The notes below the pieces were generated by a model. That model made no database searches, was not told where the DNA came from, and worked only from the letters and a program-made list of their open reading frames with translations. From an uncultured Alphaproteobacteria bacterium (GTDB lineage Bacteria; Pseudomonadota; Alphaproteobacteria; Geminicoccales; Geminicoccaceae): 28,643 bases of DNA. Below are positions 1-9,125 of the stretch, piece after piece. Within the stretch, counting starts at the first letter, position 1; every line of letters begins with the position of its first letter. The stretch lies in contig CAVWPO010000023.1 in the NCBI GenBank assembly GCA_963756905.1, forward strand, positions 1-28,643, in the 5' to 3' direction. The translations under genes and the position numbers were made by a program.

Positions 1-245
1 TGTTTCATCGCATTTGATTAAGGATACTATCAGTTCCGGACGTCGATCCACGATCAGCTTGCCACTACGTCTTCGATCGAGCTGGGAGGGGGTGGCGCTG
101 ATCAGCGGCAGCCGGGGCAAGCGGCGGCACCTGTCAATCGCCGCGAGAGCCGCTCAGCGCCGAGAGGTCCGCATCGTAGGGAGGATGTGACCATGACTAT
201 CGCCGAAGTCGGTCCCGCAAGTCACCAGCAGGGGACCGAACCAGC

Positions 246-707
246 GTGATCACCAATTCAATTCTGTTGACGCGGCGCATCCGGGAGTTGCAGCGCCGTC
301 GCCTGGCCCTGGTCGGCCGGCAGGAGCAGGTCCGGGCACAGCTGCCCGACTGGGCGGTCGAGCCCCTGCGTCTGGTCGGTCTGACCAACGACGAGATCCG
401 CAGCCTGGTCGCCAATCTGTCGTCGACGGAAGCCGAGGCCGGCCTCAACCAGATCGAGGCCGACCTCGAGGACCTGGACCGGCAGATCGAGGATCTCGAG
501 AACGTCCTGGTCGCGACGCCCTCGGACGGCCTGGACGAGATCGAGGCCGTGATCCGGCTGACCGTCGACCGCTTCCGCGAGATCATCGTCAGCGACCCCG
601 ACGATGTCTTCTACGACCACGGCGAGGCCCGCTTCCTGGCTCTGCTCGAGCGCGTGCAGGAGGATCTGAGCTGCATGCTCCAGCGCACGCGCCTCGACGC
701 CAGCTGA
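246..707 (+). CDS. hypothetical protein, acidic, coiled-coil-like
   Basis: 153-aa ORF with a GTG start. It has an Asp/Glu/Leu-rich heptad-like stretch (EADLEDLDRQIEDLENV). No family recognised. The start is uncertain: an 18-codon ORF (193..249) with a strong GGGAGG SD ends in a GTGA overlap with this start. Confidence 0.45.
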   Translation: MITNSILLTRRIRELQRRRLALVGRQEQVRAQLPDWAVEPLRLVGLTNDEIRSLVANLSSTEAEAGLNQIEADLEDLDRQIEDLENVLVATPSDGLDEIEAVIRLTVDRFREIIVSDPDDVFYDHGEARFLALLERVQEDLSCMLQRTRLDAS

Positions 708-988
708 GGTCCGGCCCTTCGGCCCTGGCGCCGGACCGGCGCGGGCCCGGCAAGGGTGCCTGGCGGCGCGCGAGCCCGGCCACGGTCGCCGCCGGCTGGC
801 AGGGCGTCATGAGCGCGCGCCGGTCGCCGTCCACGGAGAACAGCGGATAGCGCCTCGCCCGGCATCGGCGCGGCCGTGGGTTGCGATCGCCTCGATTCTG
901 TCCCGCCGCTTGCGGGGCGCGCCCGGAGTTGGCTATCGTCCGCCCGGCCGGTGCCGACCGGTCACGTCGCCATCGCCGGGAGCGTCAG

Positions 989-3091
989 GTGGGGCACCAG
1001 CAGGGGGCAGCGGCGCGCCTCGCGGTCGACATCGGCGGCACGTTCACCGACGTGGTCGTCGAGGCCGGCGACCGCCGGACCACGGCCAAGGTCCTGACCA
1101 CGCCAGCCGCCCCCGAGCAGGCCGTGCTGGCGGCGATCGGCCAGGTGCTGGGCGCCGCCGGGCTCGGCGCGGCCGAGGTCGCGCTGGTGATCCACGGCAC
1201 GACGCTCGCGACCAACGCCGTGATCGAGCGCACGGGCGCGACCACCGCCCTGATCACGACCGAGGGCTTTCGCGACGTGCTCGCGATCGCCGACGAGAGC
1301 CGCTTCGATCAGTACGACATCAACCTGGTCAAGACCGCGCCCCTGATCCCGCGCGAGCGGCGCCTGACGGTGCCCGAGCGCGTGGCCGCGGACGGCCGCG
1401 TGCTGGTGCCGCTGGACGAGGCCGCGGTCGGCGCCCTGGTGCCGCGGCTGCAGGCGCTCGAGGTCGAGAGCGTCGCGGTCGGTTTTCTCCACAGCTATGC
1501 CAACCCCGCCCACGAGCGGCGCTGCGCCGAGCTCCTGCGGGCCGCCCTGCCGGAGCTCTGGTTCACGCTGTCCTCGGAGGTCTGCCCCGAGATCCGCGAG
1601 TACGAGCGCTTCACGACCGCCGCCGCCAACGCCTACGTCCAGCCGCGCATCGCGGGCTACCTCGAGCGGCTCGAGCAGGGGCTCGCTTCTGCCGGCCTTG
1701 GCTGCCCCCTGTTCCTGATGACCTCCGGCGGCGGCCTGATGACGGTCGCGCACGCGCGCCGCGAGCCGATCCGCCTGATCGAGTCGGGGCCGGCCGGCGG
1801 CGCCATCCTGGCGGCGCGGATCGCCGCCGAATGCAGCCTTAAGCGCGTGCTGTCGTTCGACATGGGCGGCACCACCGCCAAGATCTGCCTGATCGACGAC
1901 TTCAGGCCGGACGCGGCGCGCCATTTCGAGATCGACCGCCAGGCCCGGTTCGTCAAAGGCAGCGGCCTGCCGCTCCGGATCCCGGTGATCGAGATGGTCG
2001 AGATCGGCGCCGGCGGCGGCTCGATCGCGCGCCTCGATGCGACCCGGCGGATCCAGGTCGGACCGGCCAGCGCCGGCGCCGAGCCGGGCCCCGCCTGCTA
2101 TGGCCGGGGCGGCCGCGCGCCGACCGTGACCGATGCCGACCTGGTGCTCGGCCGGATCGATCCGACCCGGTTCGCGGGCGGCCGGCTGGCGCTCGATCAG
2201 GACCGGGCGGAGGCGGCGCTGGCGGCCGGGATCGGGACGCCGCTCGGCCTCGATCCGAGCCTGGCCGCGATCGGGGTCGCGGAGGTGGTCGACGAGACGA
2301 TGGCGAACGCCGCCAGGGTGCACGCGGTCGAGCGCGGCGCCGACGTCGCGGAGCGGACCCTGATCGCGTTCGGCGGGGCGGCCCCGATCCATGCCGCGCG
2401 GCTGGCGGGCAAGCTCGGCATCCGGCGGATCGTGGTGCCGACCGCCGCGGGGGTCGGCTCGGCCGTGGGGTTTCTGCGGGCACCCGCGGCCTATCAGGTG
2501 GTGCGCTCGATGCCGCTCCGCCTCTCGGGCTTCGATCCGGCCAGGGTCAACGGCCTGTTCGCGGAGCTCGAGCGGGAGGCGCGCGCGGTCGTGAGCGCGG
2601 CCGCGCCGGGGGTCCCGCTCGAGCAGAGCCGGATCGCCTACATGCGCTACGTCGGCCAGGGCCACGAGATCGTGGCGCCGCTGCCGGTGCGCCCCCTTGG
2701 CCCCTCGGATCGCGCGGTCCTGCAAGTGGCCTTCGACGACGCCTATCTGAGGCTCTACGGCCGGTTGATCCCGGGCCTCGATGTCGAGGTGCTGAGCTTC
2801 GGGCTGAACCTCGCGAGCGCCGCTTTGCCGGTCCGGCCGGCAGCCGGCGCGCCCGCGGCGTTCGAGCCGACCCCGGCCGGCCGGCGGCGGCTGCTCGACC
2901 CGGCGGCGGGGGAAGCGCTCGAGGTGCCGGTCTACTGGCGCCCCGACCTCGCGCCCGGCGCCAGGCTCGACGGCCCGGCGCTGATCGGCGAGGACGATAC
3001 CACGATCCTGGTGCCCGCCGCCTGCAGCGCCAGGGTCGATGGCCAGGGCCATGTCTGGCTCGAGCGTCAGGCGGCGGAGGGACTGCCATGA
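989..3091 (+). CDS. hydantoinase/oxoprolinase family protein, A-type subunit (HyuA-like)
   Basis: Track ORF 881..3091. The N-terminal AVDIGGTFTDVV motif and ~700-aa size are typical of N-methylhydantoinase A/oxoprolinase. I moved the start to GTG 989, which lies 6 nt after GGGAG; ATG 881 would add an Arg-rich 36-aa extension. The stop overlaps the next start (ATGA at 3088). Confidence 0.85.
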   Translation: MGHQQGAAARLAVDIGGTFTDVVVEAGDRRTTAKVLTTPAAPEQAVLAAIGQVLGAAGLGAAEVALVIHGTTLATNAVIERTGATTALITTEGFRDVLAIADESRFDQYDINLVKTAPLIPRERRLTVPERVAADGRVLVPLDEAAVGALVPRLQALEVESVAVGFLHSYANPAHERRCAELLRAALPELWFTLSSEVCPEIREYERFTTAAANAYVQPRIAGYLERLEQGLASAGLGCPLFLMTSGGGLMTVAHARREPIRLIESGPAGGAILAARIAAECSLKRVLSFDMGGTTAKICLIDDFRPDAARHFEIDRQARFVKGSGLPLRIPVIEMVEIGAGGGSIARLDATRRIQVGPASAGAEPGPACYGRGGRAPTVTDADLVLGRIDPTRFAGGRLALDQDRAEAALAAGIGTPLGLDPSLAAIGVAEVVDETMANAARVHAVERGADVAERTLIAFGGAAPIHAARLAGKLGIRRIVVPTAAGVGSAVGFLRAPAAYQVVRSMPLRLSGFDPARVNGLFAELEREARAVVSAAAPGVPLEQSRIAYMRYVGQGHEIVAPLPVRPLGPSDRAVLQVAFDDAYLRLYGRLIPGLDVEVLSFGLNLASAALPVRPAAGAPAAFEPTPAGRRRLLDPAAGEALEVPVYWRPDLAPGARLDGPALIGEDDTTILVPAACSARVDGQGHVWLERQAAEGLP

Positions 3092-4755
3092 CCGGGCCGG
3101 TCATCGACCGCGCTGAGGCGCTGGCCGAGCTCCGGCGGCAGGTGATGTGGCAGCGGCTGATCGCCGTGGTCGAGGAGCAGGCGATGACCCTGCTGCGCAC
3201 CGCGTTCAGCCCGATCGTGCGCGAATGCGGCGATCTGTCGGCGGGCGTGTTCGACCTGGAGGGCCGGATGCTCGCCCAGGCGGTGACCGGCACGCCGGGC
3301 CACGTCAACTCGATGGCGAAGTCGGTCGGCCACTTCATCGCCGCCTTCCCGCTCGCGACGATGCAGCCGGGCGACGTCTACATCACCAACGATCCCTGGC
3401 TCGGCACCGGCCACCTGCACGACTTCGTGCTGGTCACCCCGGCCTTCCACCGGGGTCGTCTGGTGGCGCTGTTCGCCTGCACCAGCCACCTGGTCGACAT
3501 CGGCGGCATCGGCTTCGGCCCCGACGCCAAGGACGTGTTCGCCGAGGGCCTCGCGATCCCGATGCTGAAGCTCGCCGAAGGCGGCCGGATCAACCAGACC
3601 CTGCTCGCTCTGGTGCGCGCCAACAGCCGGGCGCCGGTCGAGGCCGAGGGCGACGTCTACTCGCTCGCCAACTGCAACGACACCGGTTGCCGGCGCCTCG
3701 GCGCCATGATGACCGAGTTCGGCCTCGAGGACCTGTCCGAGCTCGCCGGCTACATCGTCGAGCGGTCGCGCGCCGCCGTGCTCGAGCGGGTGCGGGCGCT
3801 GCCCAGGGGCACCTGGCGCTACCGGATGACCCTCGATGGCTACGACCAGCCGATCGAGCTGGTGGCGGCGCTGACCATCGCATCCGATGGCGTGGTGGTC
3901 GACTACGCCGGCACATCGCCCGTGTCGCGCTTCGGGATCAACGTGCCCAAGACCTATTGCGAGGCCTATACCGGCTTCGGCCTCGCCTGCGCGATCGCGC
4001 CCGAGGTGCCGAACACCGCGGGCTCGCTCAGCGTCTTTCGGGTCGAGGCGCCCGAGGGCTGCATCCTGAACGCCCCCTACCCCAGCCCGGTCGCGACCCG
4101 GCACGTGATCGGCCAGATGCTGCCGGACGTGGTGTTCGGCTGCCTGCACCAGGCGCTCCCGGACCGGGTGCCGGCCGAGGGCACGTCCTGCCTTTGGACC
4201 CTGACGCTCGGCCGGGGCGCGACCGCGGCCCAGGGCAACGCGCGCCGGTTCATGCTGAATGCGGTCCACAACGGCGGCACCGGCGCCAGGCCGCAGGCCG
4301 ATGGCCTGTCGGCGACCGCCTATCCCTCGGGCGTGCGCGGCACGCCGGTCGAGATCACCGAGCAGATCTCGCCGCTCGTCTACCGGCGGCGCGAGCTGCG
4401 GCCGGGCTCGGGCGGCGCCGGTCGCCAGCAGGGCGGCCACGGCCAGATCATCGAGATCGAGGCGCAGGACGGCGCGCCGTTCGGGATCTGGGCGGCGCTC
4501 GACCGCACCCTGCACCCGCCGCGCGGCCGGGCCGGCGGCGAGCCCGGCGCCGCCGGCCGGATCCGGCTCGACGATGGAACCCGCCTGGCCGGCAAGGGTT
4601 ATCAGGAGATCCCGGCCGGGCGCCGGCTGATCGTCGAGACGCCGGGCGGGGGCGGCTATGGTGCCCCGGCGGAGCGTGACCCGGAGGCCCTCGCCCGGGA
4701 CCGGCGCGCCGGTCTGATGGCGCCGGCGGCGACCCGCGGTGAACGGCCTGTCTGA
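3088..4755 (+). CDS. hydantoinase B/oxoprolinase family protein (HyuB-like)
   Basis: 555-aa ORF translationally coupled to the A subunit (ATGA). Family-typical stretches are present: SPIVRECGDLSAGVFD, ITNDPWLGTGHLHD and GGGGYG near the C-terminus. Confidence 0.88.
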   Translation: MTGPVIDRAEALAELRRQVMWQRLIAVVEEQAMTLLRTAFSPIVRECGDLSAGVFDLEGRMLAQAVTGTPGHVNSMAKSVGHFIAAFPLATMQPGDVYITNDPWLGTGHLHDFVLVTPAFHRGRLVALFACTSHLVDIGGIGFGPDAKDVFAEGLAIPMLKLAEGGRINQTLLALVRANSRAPVEAEGDVYSLANCNDTGCRRLGAMMTEFGLEDLSELAGYIVERSRAAVLERVRALPRGTWRYRMTLDGYDQPIELVAALTIASDGVVVDYAGTSPVSRFGINVPKTYCEAYTGFGLACAIAPEVPNTAGSLSVFRVEAPEGCILNAPYPSPVATRHVIGQMLPDVVFGCLHQALPDRVPAEGTSCLWTLTLGRGATAAQGNARRFMLNAVHNGGTGARPQADGLSATAYPSGVRGTPVEITEQISPLVYRRRELRPGSGGAGRQQGGHGQIIEIEAQDGAPFGIWAALDRTLHPPRGRAGGEPGAAGRIRLDDGTRLAGKGYQEIPAGRRLIVETPGGGGYGAPAERDPEALARDRRAGLMAPAATRGERPV

Positions 4756-4931
4756 CAACCGGCGTCCGCGCCCCGCGTCTGTCTGACCGCCGTCGCCCGC
4801 AGTAAACCTCGGTTAAGGGAAGGTCCGGCAGACTCCGGCCCTGCGAATTGCGCGTTCGCGTCGGTTCGCTGTTTGAGCGCGGCGCGCGATGCGCTAAGCT
4901 AAGCGGGAGGTTGGGGGAGGTCACGCACGCA

Positions 4932-5783
4932 ATGTACCGGCGCACGATCCTCGGAGCCCTTGGACTGCTCGCGGCAACGCCCGCGTTCGCCGCTCAGGCG
5001 ACGACCACGGACGAGGCCTACTCGTGTCGGAATGGCGAGCGCGAGCGGCGGGTCGAGCTCCAGCATGCCGACGCGCCCGATCGCCTGCCGTGCCAGGTGC
5101 TCTACTGGCGCGACGGCGCCACGCCGCCCGACGACGGCAAGTCGATGTGGCAGGCGGACCACGACTTCGGCTTCTGCATCGAGCGCACGCGGGACCTGGT
5201 CCAGCGCCTCCAGGAGGCCGGCTGGAAGTGCCAGAAGGGCGACGGCACGACGGCCCAGATGCAGGCGATCCCGGCGCTCGCGCCGAGCGGGCTGCCGGCG
5301 GGGGGCGGCGAGCGGGCGAAGCCGGGCGGGGCGGTCGCGCCGGGCCGGCTGCCGGTGGAGGACGGCGAGCGGACCAAGCTCGGCGAGGCGCTGACCCGCG
5401 ACATGCAGCGGCTGGCGCAGCTCACGGAGTCGCCCGGCGCCCGATTCGAGATCGAGGGCACCGAGCTCGGCGACCTCGACCACGATGGCCAGGCCGATGC
5501 CGCGGTGCTGCTCAACTATCAGTCCGACCAGCCCGGCACCGCCCAATTCCTGGTGGTCTACCGGTTCGATGGCAAGACCTTCGTGCCCGCCGCCAAGACC
5601 TACGTCGGCGGGGTCGGCACGGACGTGCTCGCGAGCGGCATCGAGAAGATCGAGGACGGCACCATCCACCTGCTCCTGGAGGTGCGCCAGCCGGGCGACC
5701 TGGAATGCTGCCCCTCCGGCCGCCGGAGCGAATCCTACGTGCTCCGGAACGGTGCGCTGGTCGCGCTCCGGTCCGAGAGCTGA
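4932..5783 (+). CDS. secreted hypothetical protein (signal peptide, Cys-containing N-domain, DxDxDG loop)
   Basis: Track ORF 4848..5783 trimmed to ATG 4932, which follows GGGAGGTTGGGGGAGG. MYRRTILGALGLLAATPAFAAQ looks like a signal peptide. The first mature domain has four Cys, and a DLDHDGQAD loop is present. No family recognised. Confidence 0.6.
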   Translation: MYRRTILGALGLLAATPAFAAQATTTDEAYSCRNGERERRVELQHADAPDRLPCQVLYWRDGATPPDDGKSMWQADHDFGFCIERTRDLVQRLQEAGWKCQKGDGTTAQMQAIPALAPSGLPAGGGERAKPGGAVAPGRLPVEDGERTKLGEALTRDMQRLAQLTESPGARFEIEGTELGDLDHDGQADAAVLLNYQSDQPGTAQFLVVYRFDGKTFVPAAKTYVGGVGTDVLASGIEKIEDGTIHLLLEVRQPGDLECCPSGRRSESYVLRNGALVALRSES

Positions 5784-5815
5784 GGCGGGGCCCGTCGCCT
5801 GGGCCGGGGTCCGGA

Positions 5816-6310
5816 TCAGCCGGCCGAGGCGATCTCCTGCTGAGGGGTGGCGGGTGCCCGCTTGGGGCGCCGCTGCCAGGGCAGGCGCAGCGTCTGCCGG
5901 CCCATGTCGCGTTCGATCTCGGCGGCGCTGTTCGCGTCCCGGCGCCGGCTGTGGCGTTGGACCGGCGCCGGCTCGGCTTTGGCCTCGGGCCGGTCGGCGA
6001 GGTCGAGGACCGGGATCGCCGCGATGTCGGCGATCTGCTCGCGGCAGCGGCGGACCACCCACCGATCGGTCAGGTCGACATCGAGCAGGACCGAATCGAA
6101 GCGCTCGTGACCGAGCCGCCAGAGCGCGTTGGCCATGCCGATCACCTGCACGATCTCGACCGGCGCCATGACCTGCGCCATGGTCCGCGCCAGCCAGGGC
6201 AATTCGCCCCCCTTGGTGCGGATCAGCAGGAAGCGCAGCGGCTGGTCGTCGACTTGAGGAGGGGTGGGCGGCGGCGGAATGAACTGGATCGGGGAGGACT
6301 GGGACAGCAT
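5816..6310 (-). CDS. receiver-like (CheY-fold) protein with degenerate acidic pocket, Pro-rich N-terminus
   Basis: This is the last 164 codons of track ORF 5816..7630, from ATG 6310. LRFLLIRTKGG...FDSVLLDVDLTD...IPVLDLAD follows the beta1/beta3/beta4 pattern of receiver domains. The usual DD after beta1 is replaced by RTKGG. No clear SD, so the start is uncertain. Confidence 0.5.
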   Translation of the reverse strand: MLSQSSPIQFIPPPPTPPQVDDQPLRFLLIRTKGGELPWLARTMAQVMAPVEIVQVIGMANALWRLGHERFDSVLLDVDLTDRWVVRRCREQIADIAAIPVLDLADRPEAKAEPAPVQRHSRRRDANSAAEIERDMGRQTLRLPWQRRPKRAPATPQQEIASAG

Positions 6311-6459
6311 GGTCGGAGGTGGCGGCTGAAAGCGCGGCAGGCGGCACTGTTGAGCTCCCTGGCGGTGGCAATTGCTCGGCGCTGAATGAGGTTTTATCAA
6401 CTCCAAGTTAAATATCAAGCGGAAATACAAAACCAGACTGCGTTGCGGAGTTCGGATCC

Positions 6460-7593
6460 TCAGCCGTCGATCAGCTCGGTCGTGGTGATGTCGATCCCGA
6501 AGCCCGCGAGGCCGATGTAGTGGCGGTGGCGCGTGGCGAGCAGCCGGATCGAGGTGACGCCGAGGTCGCGCAGGATCTGGGCGCCGATCCCGACGTCCCG
6601 CCATTGCTGGGTGCGCACGAGCTCGGTGGTCGGGCCGGCGGCCGACGCCTCCGGACCGGCGTCGGCGGCCTCGCTGACGCCGCCGGCCGGAACCCCGGCC
6701 GTGCCCTCGCGCAGATAGATCAGGATGCCCCTGCCCTGCGCCGCGAAGCGCTGCAGCGCTTTCGGGATCAGATGGCCGGGCGCACCGTCCCGGCGCGCGA
6801 ACACGTCGCTGATCACCTGCTCGCGGTGGATCCGGACGGGGATGTCGACGCCGCTGCCGAGCTCGCCCAGGATCAGCGCCACATGATGGACGGCATCGAA
6901 GGGGGTGGCGTAGGCGACCGCGCGCGCGGGCCCGACCTCGGTCGCGACCTCGAACTCGCCGATCCGCTGAATCAGCTGCTCGCGCCGCTGCCGGTAGGCG
7001 ATCAGGTCGGCGACCGAGATCATCTTGAGGCCGTGCTCGGCCGCGAACTCGGCCAGCTGCGGCAGCCGCTTGACCGTGCCGTCGTCGTTGACCAGCTCGG
7101 CGAGCAGGCCGACCGCCGGCAGACCCGCGAGCTTCGCGAGGTCGATCGCCGCCTCGGTATGGCCGGAGCGCACCAGCACGCCGCCGTCGCGGCCGATCAG
7201 CGGGAAGATGTGGCCCGGCCGGACGAAGTCGTCGGCGGCCGCGTTGGCGTTGGCGAGCGCGCCGATCGTGTTCGCCCGCTCCTTGGCCGAGATGCCCGTG
7301 GTCAGGCCGAAGCGGTAGTCGACCGAGACCGTGAAGGCGGTGCCGAGCGGGGCGTCGTTGCGCGCGACCATCGGATCCAGGCGCAGCCGGCGCGCGGTCT
7401 CGGACGGCAAGGGCGTGCACAGGATGCCGCTCGTGTGCCGGATCATGAACGCGACCGGCTCGGCCTCGGCCTTGGCGGCGGCCATGATCAGGTCGCCCTC
7501 GTTCTCGCGATCGGCGTCGTCGACCACGATCACGATCCGGCCGGCGGCAATCTCGGCGATCGCGGCCTCGACGCTGTCGAGCTGGATGGTCAT
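6460..7593 (-). CDS. ribB: 3,4-dihydroxy-2-butanone-4-phosphate synthase with C-terminal GTP cyclohydrolase II-like (apparently non-catalytic) domain
   Basis: 377-aa ORF. The N-terminus GRIVIVVDDADRENEGDLIMAA...HTSGILC is the DHBP synthase signature. The C-terminal half aligns by eye to RibA (GAQILRDLGV..IRLL). However, the Zn-binding Cys motif region reads RIHREQVISDVFARRDGAPG and contains no Cys. Confidence 0.9.
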   Translation of the reverse strand: MTIQLDSVEAAIAEIAAGRIVIVVDDADRENEGDLIMAAAKAEAEPVAFMIRHTSGILCTPLPSETARRLRLDPMVARNDAPLGTAFTVSVDYRFGLTTGISAKERANTIGALANANAAADDFVRPGHIFPLIGRDGGVLVRSGHTEAAIDLAKLAGLPAVGLLAELVNDDGTVKRLPQLAEFAAEHGLKMISVADLIAYRQRREQLIQRIGEFEVATEVGPARAVAYATPFDAVHHVALILGELGSGVDIPVRIHREQVISDVFARRDGAPGHLIPKALQRFAAQGRGILIYLREGTAGVPAGGVSEAADAGPEASAAGPTTELVRTQQWRDVGIGAQILRDLGVTSIRLLATRHRHYIGLAGFGIDITTTELIDG

Positions 7594-7632
7594 CGCTGCA
7601 GGTCCCCCCGGCGCGGCTGCTCGGGCGCAAGA

Positions 7633-8352
7633 CTAGCCGAAATAGGCCTGGTGGACCTCGGGATTCTCGGCGAGCACGGCGGGCGCGCCCTCGGCCACCA
7701 CCCGGCCCTTGGCGAGCACGTAGCCGTAGTCGGCGATGGCAAGGGTCTGATGGACGTTCTGCTCGACCAGGAACACGGTCACGCCCCGCTCGCGGATCCG
7801 CCGGATGATGGCGAAGTTCTGCTTGACGTAGATCGGCGCGAGGCCGAGCGAGGGCTCGTCGATCAGGAGCAGCCTCGGCGCCCGCATCAGGCCGCGGCCG
7901 ATCGAGACCATGGCCTGCTCGCCGCCCGACATGGTGCCGGCGAGCTGGCGGCGGCGCTCGCGGAGCTGCGGGAACAGCTCGAAGACCTCGTCGATCCGGC
8001 GTCGGACCAGCGTCTCCGAGGTTTCCTGCCAGCCGCCGACCCGGAGGTTGTCCTCGACCGTGAGCTTGGGGAAGACCTTGCGGCCCTCGGGGATGCAGGC
8101 GATCCCGGCGGCGATCACCTTGTGGGTCGCAAGGCCGGCGAGCTCCTGGCCCGCGAAGCTGATCTTGCCGGCGCGCGGCGGCGTCAGGCCGAGGATCGCC
8201 CGGATCAGCGTGGTCTTGCCGGCGCCATTGGCGCCGAGCAGGCAGGTGATGGTGCCCGACCGGACCGTGAGCGACACGTCCTCGAGCACGTCCGCCTGGT
8301 CGTAGCCCGCCCGCACGCCCTCGACCACCAGCCCTTCGGCCGCCGCCATCAC
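7633..8352 (-). CDS. livF: branched-chain amino acid (HAAT family) ABC transporter ATP-binding protein LivF-type
   Basis: 239-aa ORF with Walker A GANGAGKTT, an LSGGEQ-type signature (MSGGEQ) and Walker B LLLIDEPS. It overlaps the livG stop. Confidence 0.9.
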   Translation of the reverse strand: MMAAAEGLVVEGVRAGYDQADVLEDVSLTVRSGTITCLLGANGAGKTTLIRAILGLTPPRAGKISFAGQELAGLATHKVIAAGIACIPEGRKVFPKLTVEDNLRVGGWQETSETLVRRRIDEVFELFPQLRERRRQLAGTMSGGEQAMVSIGRGLMRAPRLLLIDEPSLGLAPIYVKQNFAIIRRIRERGVTVFLVEQNVHQTLAIADYGYVLAKGRVVAEGAPAVLAENPEVHQAYFG

Positions 8353-9125
8353 GCCAATCCCAGATAGGCTTCCTGCACCCGCCGGTCGGCCGCGACCTCG
8401 CGGTAGCTGCCCTCGGCGATCTTCTGGCCGTAGTTGAGCACGACGCAGCGCCCGGTGATCGCCTCGATCACCGCCATCTCGTGCTCGATGATGATGATCG
8501 TGAGCCCGCCGATCCGCTCGCGCACGGCCAGGATGTCGGCCATCAGCTGGCGGGTCTCCTCGCGGGTCATGCCCGCCGAGGGCTCGTCGAGCAACAGGAG
8601 CTTCGGCCGGCTGATGAGCGCCCGGCAGATCTCGATCCGCCGCCGGTCGATCATCGGGATCAGGCCGACCGCGGTCAGCATCCGCTCGGCGAGCGGCGGA
8701 TCGAACAGGGCGACCAGCTCCCTGGCCCTGGCGTAGCTCGCCTCGAGCTCGCGCCGGAAGGCGCGCCGCCGGAGCAGGTTGAAGCCGAGCCCGGCGTGCA
8801 GATGGGCGTGGTTGCCGATCATGATGTTGTCGAAGATCGAGAGCGGCAGGCAGAGCCTCGAGCGCTGGAAGGTGCGCGCGATGCCGGCCCGGTAGACCGC
8901 CTGCGGCCCGCTCCGGGTGAGGTCGACGCCTTCGAGCAGGGCCCGGCCGGCATCCGCGGGATAGATGCCGGTCACGACGTTGAAGAAGGTGGTCTTGCCC
9001 GAGCCGTTGGGGCCGATCAGCCCCAGGACCTCGCCCGTGTCGACGGAGAGGTCCAGGCGATCGAGCGCGGTCAGGCCGCCGAAGCGCCGGGTGAGCCCGT
9101 TTGCTACCAGGAGCGGGCCGCTCAT
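8349..9125 (-). CDS. livG: branched-chain amino acid (HAAT family) ABC transporter ATP-binding protein LivG-type
   Basis: 258-aa ORF. LTRRFGGLTALD, Walker A GPNGSGKTT and LLLLDEPSAGM are present. ATGA overlap with the livM stop at 9122-9125. Confidence 0.9.
   Translation of the reverse strand: MSGPLLVANGLTRRFGGLTALDRLDLSVDTGEVLGLIGPNGSGKTTFFNVVTGIYPADAGRALLEGVDLTRSGPQAVYRAGIARTFQRSRLCLPLSIFDNIMIGNHAHLHAGLGFNLLRRRAFRRELEASYARARELVALFDPPLAERMLTAVGLIPMIDRRRIEICRALISRPKLLLLDEPSAGMTREETRQLMADILAVRERIGGLTIIIIEHEMAVIEAITGRCVVLNYGQKIAEGSYREVAADRRVQEAYLGLA

Noticed and set aside
708-737. Hairpin GGTCCGGC...GCCGGACC just after the stop of the 153-aa ORF, considered as a terminator
   Set aside because: It has an 8-bp stem, a 14-nt loop, alternative folds and no T-tract. 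The support is too weak to call.
962-4758. Very long minus-strand ORFs (962..3052, 3067..4758) antisense to the hydantoinase genes
   Set aside because: They are Arg/Ala/Gly/Pro-rich low-complexity translations typical of shadow frames in ~70% GC DNA. The + strand frames carry recognisable family motifs.
6380-6440. AT-rich stretch with two TTGATA repeats, considered as a sigma-70 promoter for the receiver-like gene
   Set aside because: No acceptable -10 hexamer lies at 16-18 nt spacing from either TTGATA. I kept it as a remark, not a feature.
5816-7630. 604-aa minus-strand ORF spanning ribB
   Set aside because: Only its last 164 codons look like a protein. The rest is an off-frame read through ribB (6460..7593), which has clear DHBP synthase motifs in another frame.
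7594-7632. FMN riboswitch upstream of ribB
   Set aside because: Only 39 nt separate the ribB start from the livF stop. That is too short for an FMN aptamer, and no conserved RFN-like sequence is seen.
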